A stretch of DNA of 64,000 nt from Dipteris shenzhenensis (taxonomy: Eukaryota): NCBI GenBank assembly GCA_047967505.1, contig CM106538.1; one strand, 5' to 3'. Made by a program: the position numbers and the translations under genes. The notes below the pieces were generated by a model, which saw only the letters and a program-made list of their open reading frames with translations, made no database searches and was not told where the DNA came from. Shown one piece after another: positions 51,991 to 62,596 of the stretch (within the stretch, counting starts at the first letter, position 1; each line of letters starts with the position of its first letter).

Positions 51991-53400
51991 CATCAAAGTC
52001 TGCAAAAAGCCAAAAAGTCCTATGAGACCAACAGAATTACAACGTGACAGAAAATAACCCCATAAGGAAACTAGATGTGGCTACTACAACCTTACTAATC
52101 TAACAAACAAAAGAGTATAGGAAAAGACAATCTAGGTGTGTGTATCATGATCTCGTGGTGGTAATGTCCTCTCATAGTCTAGCCATGGTTGATTCAAGCT
52201 ATGCTCGTGCCTGGATGGGATCCCACTGAGAGCCCTGATTCTCTGGAACATGTCATATATCTCTGCTCAGCCTGGTGAACATGCAGACAAAGTAAAGCAG
52301 CTAGTCGGAGGGAAGCCATGGTAATGTCCTCTAATAGTCTAGCCATGGTTGAATCAAGCTATGCTCATGCCTGGATGGGATCCCACTGCAAGCCTTGATT
52401 CTCCGGAACGTGTCATATATCCATTGTTGTCTACCTCTCCTCTGCTCAGCAGGGTGAACATGCAGACAACGTAACACAGCTAGCCTGACAGAAGCTACAG
52501 CTAACCTGCCGCCACAAATGGGACAAGAGTTGGTAGGGCCAGTGTCCAAACTCCTGCTGGTTTGGTGACTCTGTGTCACAAACTCATAAACTCTGGGACT
52601 CATCCTGTGGTTGTGCGCAATATAGATGCAAACCCCATGTACAAGAAATCTGTGATGGCCCACTCCTGATGTCTCTTTCCAGTCCCTTCATGAGTCTATG
52701 TCTGTGTCAGGTGACCTCTTCCACGAAGTGGGTCGTCCAATACTAGTGCAAGTAGTCAATGATCCAGTGTATTCCTATAAAACCCTGAGTGAGCAGGCAA
52801 AATATTGGCCTCGAATCTCATAGTAGTGAGGGAATTTGTCAGCACAGCTCAGGTCCCATAGGCCGATTTTTTGGTCTTCAGAGATAATATATTCTTCTTC
52901 TTCTTCTTCTTCTATATCCACCTCATTTGTGTCTGAACATAGGTGCACAACCTGAGGTCTCTGCAGATGTCATGTGGCTGCAACCTCTTCGCTGCCTCAA
53001 TGTGGAACGTCTTGACCTAACCCACATCCACTCGAACTCCATGACGTGCAAGTACCCGGCATCTACATGAAATTGTCCTCTGACGGTCAGAAGAAATGCT
53101 CTCAATAGAATGCCATTTTTGGTGGATGTGATTATGGTGGGGAAAACCATGTTCTCAGAATTGTGCCAACCCCTGGTTAAACGATGCTTGAATCCCTTTA
53201 TCTGGCTTCAACCTTGAGCCCTGTTAGACACGTTTTGTCTCAACAGGGTTGTAATAGTGGGCCTCTCCATAACTTGAGCTCCCTATTGATTCCACTAGAT
53301 CCAAGATGTTAACTGTTCTGAGAAGGGGCTAGCTTTCAAAGACGTCAGGCGGATCCCCTAGTACTAAGAGCCACCTAGCCACATGATTGTCTTCATTGTC
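51948..53400 (-). mobile_element. (TC)n-tailed retroposon-like element C, 5' boundary uncertain
   Basis: 3' end resembles those at 56245-56310 and 61377-61460. Degenerate minus-strand coding-like cargo. Internal ~160-bp duplication at 52160/52320. Confidence 0.45.
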
Positions 53401-53539
53401 AAGCATGATGCAAAAAACTACTGGCAACAATTCACAGAGCACCTACCAGTAGGGAAAGTCCCTATTGAACCAAAATATCGAGACTTCTCTTTGAGTCCTA
53501 ACTCCCAGAGGGGACATTGACACTATGTTGAACAAATAA

Positions 53540-53541
<2 letters not shown>

Positions 53542-53576
<35 letters not shown>
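53542..53576. repeat. (TA)n microsatellite
   Basis: Directly visible. Confidence 0.95.
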
Positions 53577-53580
<4 letters not shown>

Positions 53581-54028
53581 TCCTAGACAGGGCTTAACTG
53601 ACCATGCTAACCATTACCCATTGCTATACTTGCCTACTAAGGAATCATGAACACCGTACACGGTACATCCACAAAAATCCTAGAAGTCATCATGTAAAGG
53701 ATTGCCTCTGTCAATCGGCCATATTTATCCTCAACATAAAAGTGGATTGATTCTCCAAAAAACAGGTTTTACCAATTTTTTATTAACACTCCCTCGTATG
53801 ATTGACTCACTGGTTAGCAACATGATCAACTTTCTAATTCAAACATAGAAAGCATTGAGAAGAGTGAATAGAGGCAAGGGAGGTGTAGGGCTGAATAGGG
53901 CAGGTTAAGCGCTTGACACAGCTTGCTCTCTAATGCCCTTTGTAAATACTTATGGATCCCTTGTACAAGATGAAGCCTCACTAAATCCAGAAAACCAGAC
54001 ACAACAGCCAAAGTTAGATTATCTTTAC

Positions 54029-54676
54029 CAAAAGTTCATTGGCTTCTTGGGACTTGCCACGCAATTGTAACTGTAGAGCTTTTGCAGCCAACTGATTTGC
54101 ACTCATGCCCTCAACTGATAAGCCTGATCCAGAGGTACCTATGTTTGCATTTATGCTATCCATTTGTCCACTCTGCTTGTCAACCTCCTTGTAGGAATCC
54201 CTAAGTTGCTCACAGTTATGCTGCTCCTTATCAAGAGCAGCTTGAGGGGCTTGTTTCTCATTGAACGTTTGCAGAAAGCTGCCATCATTTTGAAATTTGT
54301 TTGAAGCAGAAGCTGCAGCCTGGAAAATCTCAACATCCTCTGCACGCATAGAATGATCTTCTCTATTTTTGTGTCTCTTCCAACTTAAAGAGTCACTGAC
54401 CCGTGGTGCTTTCATTCTACTATCCCGAACACTGACATCTTTCAAATATTCCCTCTTACTTTTGCTGATTTCTTCTGAAGCTTTATCATAGTCCTGCAAC
54501 CTGTCCCTTCCTTCAGCTGAACGCCTACTCTCTTCCCCCTGTCCTTCTAGCTTGGCGTCATTTGAACTGCGATTCCTGTCTCTTTTTGCATGGAGGTGAG
54601 CATGTGCATGGGCAGCTCGCCTCGCTGAAACACTAACGGCCATTTCAGCCAACGAACCCCACCGTTCCTCCACAAC
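54029..54676 (-). CDS. CWF19L2: CWF19-like protein 2, coding exon 5
   Basis: VVEERWGSL..NKFQNDGSFL..MSANQLAAKALQLQLRGK. TAAG acceptor and GTAAAG donor; 648 bp, phase 0 at both ends. Confidence 0.93.
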
Positions 54677-54772
54677 CTTAAAAGCAATGAAGAAAAAAGC
54701 CTTGAGTACCTTCTCAGTATCCAGAACTTAAGGTCTAAAGTCAAGACTTGTTCAAAAAATGCACAGCCGCAC

Positions 54773-54979
54773 CTCATCAAGCTTGCGACCCTCACGTTCA
54801 GCCTGTTCTTTGGCTCTCCTCAAGGCTTTCAACCTCCAACTAAGGCCACCATCACCGATAACTGGGCGGTTTGACAAGCTGCTTACTCCCATATTTTGCA
54901 GAATATTGTTTTCAGATGGATAGCCTTCGCCTCCATCTTTAAAATAGGGATTTAGCTCCTTTGGATTCACTTCAACTTT
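54773..54979 (-). CDS. CWF19L2: CWF19-like protein 2, coding exon 4
   Basis: NPKELNPYFKDGGEGYP..IGDGGLSWRLKALRRAKEQAEREGR, characteristic of the family. 207 bp, AG/GT boundaries. Confidence 0.94.
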
Positions 54980-55104
54980 CTACAAATCATATAATCCAGT
55001 TTGAATGCATTAGTTCACGATCTATAGCATAGCATAGCATGAACTAATCTATAGCACAGCATTATCACTCAAACAATTGAAGTTTCCTAATAACTGAGTT
55101 TCAC

Positions 55105-55244
55105 CTCCTCCACAGGAACTGTAGAAGAAGCAGTTTCTGGTTCAGCAATCGTGGTTGAAGCTCGAGGTGCCCTTGTCATCCATTCCAAACCTGCAGCTTT
55201 CCGTGCAGCAATGGAATTCATTGTTCCCTCATCAATCTCATCAT
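55105..55244 (-). CDS. CWF19L2: CWF19-like protein 2, coding exon 3
   Basis: ARKAAGLEWMTR motif. GCAG acceptor and GTGA donor; 140 bp, phase 1 to 0. Confidence 0.9.
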
Positions 55245-55723
55245 CTGCATAAAGAAGGGAATAGTTGGATGGAACCATGGAATCTTCCCTATCACAATAT
55301 TTAGAAAACTAGTGACCCTGAATAATTGTCATGAACAGTCAGAGGGATGTTCTAAATGCCCTTCAAAGCCACGTTTAAGGCCCAATGCTTTATCAAAGCT
55401 TTAAAATGAACTCAAAAAGGGAAATCATAAACATAGATAGGATAGCACCGAATGTGAATACAAAATGTGTGCCAAAGACGAGACTGCAAAAAGGTATGTA
55501 ATGGGAATTAACCATAAAGAAAAATCAAAGCCAAATGTCAAAAAAAATACTCTTCCAGCTGAAGACAGCTGTCTTTTTCAGAAGTTAGTATAGGTCACAT
55601 TCTTATAACATCTACACAGTTCAACACTTCATTTTTCATCATATATAAAATGGAAGTTAAGGAAGAATGGATGGATACAATTCGATGCTTGAGTTGCAAG
55701 AACCTAGCTCAAGAAAGATATAC

Positions 55724-56060
55724 CTGATGCAATTTTTTGCTTGCCACCTAAGTCTTCACTTCCTGTGTTACTCATGGAAGAACTGTATCCCCTGCCCCTG
55801 ATTCCCTCACTTCTGGGTCCACTATGCTTGTGACATCTAGAAATCTCTTTGTCGCTGCTTGTGTTGCTATCATCATGCTCCATGGAACTCTCTGATGACT
55901 TATGCTTTGAGCTTCTTCCACGTCTGCGTCTGGTGTCCTTCCCATCATCACTGTCAGATGAGGCTTGCAACTGCTGACTTTTCCGTCTCTTCTTGGATTT
56001 GACCTTTTTAGTGCTATCTTTTTCATGCCTTTTAACATCTTCAACACTACGTACTCCTTT
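55724..56060 (-). CDS. CWF19L2: CWF19-like protein 2, coding exon 2
   Basis: Open K/R/S/D-rich frame KGVRSVEDVKRHEK..KQKIAS. ATAG acceptor and GTATAT donor; 337 bp, phase 0 to 1. Confidence 0.82.
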
Positions 56061-56763
56061 CTATTCCATCAAAAAAGATCCAATTAGAAAAGGTCACAGG
56101 ATTTTCCCTTTTTTCTCTCTTTTTGCTTGGGGGGGGGGATTGATTGTTCATAGAATGTAACACATTAAATGTTTTTTGCAAACCAATCTTCTCCTAACCT
56201 TAGTTCTCTGAGCATTTAAGGAGACAAACAGTTTCAAAGATCCTGAGAGAGAGAGAGAGAGAGAGTCTATTAACGTTAACGGGAGACCAAGAGGTCTATG
56301 GGATAACATGAAAACCATCCAGTACATCAGCTTAGGGAGGGCACAGGGCAGCTCCCACGAAGTGCAGAGGCAGCTCCATTTTATTTAAAGTACATACTTG
56401 ATAACCTAGATAAAACATACATCAGTTTAAGACTGAGAGTCTTTTGGTTTGATTTGAACTCTTTAATAAGTGCTACTCCTTCACGGTATACTTCCCATTT
56501 CCCATCTTCCCTGGCAGCCTTGACCTTTGCTAATTCCATTGCCTTGTTCTTGAGTTGAGCTTGTGTAAGCTCCCCAACTATCCATACTTTGGTACCCTTC
56601 AGCTTATAAGATTGTCCGGAGGACTTTGATCCGCAAATCTTTTGACTTCAAAGTAAGGATGGCATGACCTTTAGATTGTCCAATAGAAGCTGGTCTGGAG
56701 TCATTATCTTCCTCCTCATCACCATCTGTCCATTCAATGTTGGGCAAGGCTGCTTTGACCTTT

Positions 56764-59700
56764 TGTTAGAAACTCACTGTGCCCACCTGTGAGCCCCCGA
56801 TTTGAGGTGACAAGGGGCAGTGAGAGGTAGGAGGGCTGGGAAAGAGAGAGACTCTGGCTGGCATCATAGGCAACCAGCACACGGGCTGGTTGCTGCCTGC
56901 AACAGCAGAGAAACAGGGGGCCTTGGGCCTCACTTGGAGGCACCTGCAGCTGCATAGACTGGCTGCACAGGGCACCCTTAAATAGGGGCCTGTGGCAGGC
57001 CAAGTCGGCCCAACCAGGGCCGCCGACCGGGGCCAACCCTGGTCGGATTTCTAGGGCCATCTGGTCGGCCACCAGACAGGGTACCGACCCTGCTGGTCGG
57101 TCAACCCAAAGGGCCTGGACAGTGCCTATAAAAGGCCCACTCCTTCAGTCATTCCAGCATCCAGTGCAAGACTGGAAGTCTCCTTCCAAGGCTGTGCTGT
57201 GCACTCAGAGCTGGTTCAGTTTGTGAGAGAGAGTTCCTTCAGTTTTCTCCAGCACTTCGCTGAGTTTTGTATTGCTCCCTTGGAGCCAGTTTCTGCCCAC
57301 CTTCCGGTGGATGAATATACTCTTTCTCTCTCTCCGTTTAAGTTCTCTGAGTGAGTGTTTATCGCATCTGTGATCATCTATCTGAGTTGAGTACACACCA
57401 ACATTTGTGGCCCAATGTCTACAGCATCATGGGCAGGATCCAGGTACTCACTTCTCTTTGTGGACGATTTCAGTAGAATGACCTGGGTATATTGTTTGGC
57501 TAAAAAGTCTCAGGCTTTCAATAAGTTCAAGGACTGGAAGGCCAGAGTTGAAAAGGAGACAGGGGAGGATGTCAAGACATTCCGCACAGAGAGGGGGGGG
57601 AATTCACCTCAAATGAGTTCAACACATTTTGTCACAAGCATGGGATCAAGCGACAACTCACCACAGCACATACTTCTCAGCAAAACGGGGTAGCCGAGAG
57701 GAAGCATAGAACCACCACAGAGACAGGGCTTGCTATGCTACGAGGGAGGAACCTTTCTAAAGCCTATTGGAGTGAAGCTATCAATACAGCCGTACACATT
57801 CTCAACAGGACCAAGACGAAGGCCGTCAAGGACAAGACTCCATATGAGGCATTTTATGGTAAGAAGCCCTCTATCACTCATCTTCGCATTTTTGGTTCTA
57901 ACGCATGGGTGCATGTGCACAAGGAAGACAGGACCAAGCTTGATTCCCGGAGCAGAAAATGTATCTTTGTTGGGTATAGCGAAGAATCCAAGGCCTATCG
58001 ACTCTTTGACCCAGTAAAGAAGCAGATCCTTATTAGTCGAGATGTTGTCTTCGAGGAAAAGGAACCTGAACCCCAGGAGGAGCCTCAGATTGAGGAGGAG
58101 GAGATTGTTCAACCCCCGAACCCACCCCGCCACAGGTTGACCATCCAAGAGGTGGCAAAATCAGAAGCTGATGTTTCACAAGATACTCAGGAAGAGCAAG
58201 ATGTTCCAAAAGAAGTTCCAATTCCTCCTTCCACTGAGAAGCAGAACAGGTTGCCCCAATGGTACCTAAGGACATTGGAAGAGTCTCGGGTCACCGAATT
58301 ACCTGAGAGTAGCAGTTCCGGATTGCGTCGGTCCCAACGTCTTCAAAAGACCCCATCCGTGAATTTTGCGTTGGTGGCTCAGCTTGACGAGCCAAGGACC
58401 TTCGAGGAGGCGAAGGACAATCCAGAATGGCAGGCTGCCATGCAGGCAGAGATGGATGCTATCCTGAAGAACAATACCTGAGACTTAGTGGCTAGGCCCC
58501 CGCGACAAAAAGTCATCGGCACTAAGTGGGTATACAAACTTAAATACATCAGACGGCAGCTTGGATAAGTATAAAGCAAGGTTAGTGGTCAAAGGTTTTG
58601 CTCAAACTGAAGGCATGGATTTTGATGAAACTTTTGCTCCCACAGCCCGCATGGTTACTATCCGGACAGTGATTGCCCTTGCTGCCCAATTCCAGTGGCC
58701 TATTTTTCAAATGGATGTGAAGTCCACATTCCTTAATGGAACCCTGGAGGAGGAGGTATACGTGGAGCAGCCACCGAGCTTTCAAGATCCAGGGTCCCCA
58801 TTAAAGGTCTGCAAGTTGAAGAAGGCGTTATACGGGCTGAAACAGGCCCCCACAGCTTGGTGCCAAAGGATTGATGTATTCTTTCAGAAGATAGGGCTAA
58901 GTCGGAGTCCTTCTGAGGCAAACCTTTACTTGTTCATTGAGAAGGGATTGCGACTGGTACTCATCCTCTATGTTGATGATCTTATCTTGACAGGTGATCA
59001 TGTCAAGAAGATTTCACAGGTCAAGGAGCTACTCATGTCTGAGTTTGAGATGACTGACCTTGGGTTATTACATTACTTCCTTGGGATTGAACTAAAGCAG
59101 GCCAAAGACAAGATCTTCATTTCACAGGAGAAATATTACAGAGAACTTCTGAAGAGATTTCAGATGGAGGATTGCACGACAGCAGTAACTCCCATGGAGG
59201 TCGGGCTCAAGCTAAGTGTTCACGACACATCTCAACCGGTCGATACTCCCTTGTACCGACGATTGGTAGGAAGTTTGCTTTACCTTACCAATACTCGACT
59301 TGATATTTGTGATGCAGTTGGGCTATTATGCCAATTCTCTGCTTCTCCCAGGAAGAGTTGTTGGGATGCAGGTTTACGGGTGCTGAGGTATCTAAAGGGT
59401 ACTTGCACCTATGGGATCACCTACACCAAAGGCATCGAACTAGGCGGGTTCTGTGACAGTGATTGGGCGGGTGATGCTAACACCAGAAGATCGACAACAG
59501 GGTATTGTTTCTTACTTGCATCTGGTGCCATCTCTTGGCTGAGTAAGAAGCAACCCACAGTGGCCCTTTCATCTACAGAGGCAGAGTACAGAGCCGCGTG
59601 TACAGCAGCTTGTGAGACACTGTGGTTGAGGTGGATTCTCGAGGACATGGACGTGTGTCAAGAGGACGCAACAGTGCTGATGTGCAACAATCAGAGTTGC

Positions 59701-60617
59701 ATAGCCATTGCCAAGAATCCAGTGTACCATGCGCGGACCAAGCACATCGAAGTCATTACCACTTTGTTCGAGAGCTCATCATCGACGACGTGATCGAGCT
59801 TATCTACTGCCCGACCGCTGACAACTTGTCCGACCTCTTCACGAAGGCACTCCCTCGAGAACAGATGGAGCACCTCATCAAACGCATGGGGATTGGCCCA
59901 CAGTTGTGACATTGAGGGGGGGTGTTAGAAACTCACTGTGCTTACCTGTGAGCCCCCGATTTGAGGGGACAAGGGCAGTGAGAGGTAGGAGGGCTGGGAA
60001 AGAGAGAGACTCAGGCTGGCATCATAGGCAACCAGCACACGGGCTGGTTGCTGCCTGCAACAGCAGAGAAACAGGGGGCCTTGGGCCTCACTTGGAGGCG
60101 CCTGCAGCTGCATAGACTGGCTGGACAGGGCACCCTTAAATAGGGGCCTGTGGCAGGCCAAGTCGGCCCAACCAGGGCCACCGACCAGGGCCAACCCTGG
60201 TCGGATTTCTAGGGCCATCTGGTCGGCCACCAGACAGGGTACCGACCCTGCTGGTCGGTCAACCCAAAGGGCTGGGCAGTGCCTATAAAAGGCCCACTCC
60301 TTCAGTCATTCCAGCATCCAGTGCAAGGCTGAAAGCCTCCTTCCAAGGCTGTGCTGTGCACTCAGAGCTGGTTCAGTTTGTGAGAGAGAGTTCCTTGAGT
60401 TTTCTCCAGCACTTCGCTGAGTTTTGTATTGCTCCCTTGAAGCCACTTTCTGCCCACCTTCCGGTGGATGAATATACTCTTTCTCTCTCTCCGTTTAAGT
60501 TATCTCTGAGTGAGTGTTTATTGCATCTGTGATCATCTATCTGAGCTGAGTGTGAGGAAGAGTAGGAGAGATCTTGGGTGGAGGTTTGAGTGATTCATTA
60601 CCTCCTATTCTCTAACA
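56764..60617 (+). mobile_element. Ty1/Copia element 6, internally deleted
   Basis: 5' LTR 56764-57392 (end missing), 3' LTR 59923-60617. TSD CCTTT, PPT at 59914-59922. Integrase, RT and RNase H at 57393-59909; PBS, gag and protease absent. Confidence 0.94.
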
Positions 60618-61238
60618 CCTTTGTCAATGTTTCAATAAATGTGTCCTCATCTTTGTACCAGTCTTTTGGGAGTCCCCCTATTCTGATCTTTGGCACGTTA
60701 TCCCATCTAGCTTCATGTTCTTTAATCCCTTGGCTGAAGCTAACCCCCGGGCTGGGCTGGGGGTTCAAACCCAACTCGGGGTGAAGGGAACGAAGAAAGG
60801 TGCTACTGCTGCTGTCGACAAAAGTAGAAGGCAGAGGTTGCTGGCTGCTACTGCTGGCAGTTGCTGCTGGCGGTGGCTGTTGCTAGTGGCTAGCGGCGGC
60901 TGGAGAGATCTTGGGTGGAGGTTTGAGTGAGTCATTACCTCCTATTCTCTAACACCTTTGTCAATGTTTCAATAAATGTGTCCTCATCTTTGTACCAGTC
61001 TTTTGGGAGTCCCCCTATTCTGATCTTTGGCACGTTATCCCATCTAGCTTCATGTTCTTTAATCCCTTGGCTGAAGCTAACCCCCGGGCTGGGCTGGGGG
61101 TTCAAACCCAACTCGGGGTGAACGGAACGAAGAAAAGTGCTACTGCTGCTGTCGACAAAAGTAGAAGGTGGAGGTTGCTGGCTGCTACTGCTGGCAGTTG
61201 CTGCTGGCGGCAGCTGTTGCTAGTGGCTACTGGCGGCT
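60565..61238. repeat. Tandem duplication (2 x 337 bp) spanning the Copia-6 3' junction
   Basis: Units start GGAGAGATCTTGGG at 60565 and 60902. Each holds the LTR end, the TSD and flank. Confidence 0.93.
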
Positions 61239-61373
61239 CTCTAAAGAACCAAAGGAAAGGGGAACAGCTGAGGCTACAGGCGGATCAGTGACGATGTGCG
61301 ATGAACAATCGCAGGCGAATCAGGTACGGAAGACGGTGACGGGCGAACCAAGTACGGATGGGCAAGAGGTGGG

Positions 61374-61376
<3 letters not shown>

Positions 61377-61408
<32 letters not shown>

Positions 61409-62391
61409 ATTAAAGTTGGTTAAAGACCGATAGGTCTATGAGACTAATAGAAAACCTGATACAATGAGCAAAAGGGTGGAGCTACTAAGTGAGCATCCTA
61501 CTAAGAGAGAGATGTATGAGTCTGTCTACAAAATACGTAATATGTTTGGTGAACACAACATTAAAAGATGACTAGATTCAAACTGCATCAGTCAGAATGC
61601 TTCTTCGAATGAAAACTACAAACAAGTATGAGCAATCCAGGGTTTTCTTTAACCAGGCAGAGGACTCACTCCAGGCACAAAGTCTTGGAAGCTCTTGCTT
61701 CAGCAAGGGCTTCTACGAAACACTCATAGCACCGAGGGTCCGTGGCAACAGTCTCAGCGGCGGATTTTTACAAAGTCCCATCTTATAGGGAAGGTGTCAT
61801 CTTGATACAGAGCTTGATGAGGGTGTGGTGACACCTCTCTACCGGCCTCCTTCGAATCAGCCCACAATGCAAGGATGAGTTCCAGCGCTAGCCCTTGATG
61901 TGGCGCCCTGAGGTCCATGACTAAGAGGGACGCACGTTGAGCCATCACACAAATCCATTGGAGCACACGTGATAGTAAACCTGCCCGCTCTCTGCCTAGG
62001 AGCCTAGAGTTGCCTCCCTGAGCAGATGAAGGCGTGCCTTCAGGCCAGCACATTGATGGTGGCTTGGCTAACAGCCGGGAGGCACACTTTCTTTATCAAG
62101 ATGAATTCGCAAACCAATCTCATGGATTAATCACGTAATTAATCAACACATCCTTGAGGCCTGCCCTCCAACTTGACGGCAGCATTTGACATGATATCAT
62201 ACGTACTCTACATGCCATATGGGTCTTCTTGGAGTCCTCTGTACCACGCTCCACCAAAAGGCTTGAGTGTTTCTACAAGGTTTGGCCTACAAGCCTTTTT
62301 TATATTTTCACGGATCGACATTGATGATTGTATGCTCCTACCCCTCGCTGTTGACGCCCAATTCTAGGGTACTCTAGTAGTGAGCTCTCAC
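61377..62391 (-). mobile_element. (TC)n-tailed retroposon-like element B, cargo unknown
   Basis: Tail at 61377-61405; 3' stem-loop shared with element A; candidate TSD CCTGAGAGAG at 62392-62401. Confidence 0.5.
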
Positions 62392-62551
62392 CCTGAGAGA
62401 GGGGCTTTGGGACAGCCATCCATCATTTCCTTTCAGCGCCTTATCTTCTCAAAGTTTCTAATAGACGGAGGAAAAAAAAAAGAAACAAGCATATGGTCTC
62501 GGCATATCAACAGCTTTATTATCAAACTCATTCAACTTTCAAGGGCATTAC

Positions 62552-62596
62552 CTGTATAGCCGTGTCACGAGGAACAACACGCAAGCCGCTCAACAT
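62552..62596 (-). CDS. CWF19L2: CWF19-like protein 2, first coding exon
   Basis: MLSGLRVVPRDTAIQ resembles the MLSG.K.IPRD N-terminus of plant orthologues. Donor CAG/GTAATG; phase 0 matches exon 2. Confidence 0.88.

Larger units (their letters stand above)
56245..61376 (-). mobile_element. (TC)n-tailed retroposon A carrying only a LINE ORF1-like frame; interrupted by Copia-6
   Basis: Joining across the Copia TSD gives KIRIGGLPKDW..ETLTK/VKAALP..AILTLKSKDLRIKVLR..KLKGTKVWI.GELT..Q..AREDGKW, resembling the RRM + CTD type of LINE ORF1. It is followed directly by a 3' UTR and a (TC)n tail. Confidence 0.6.
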
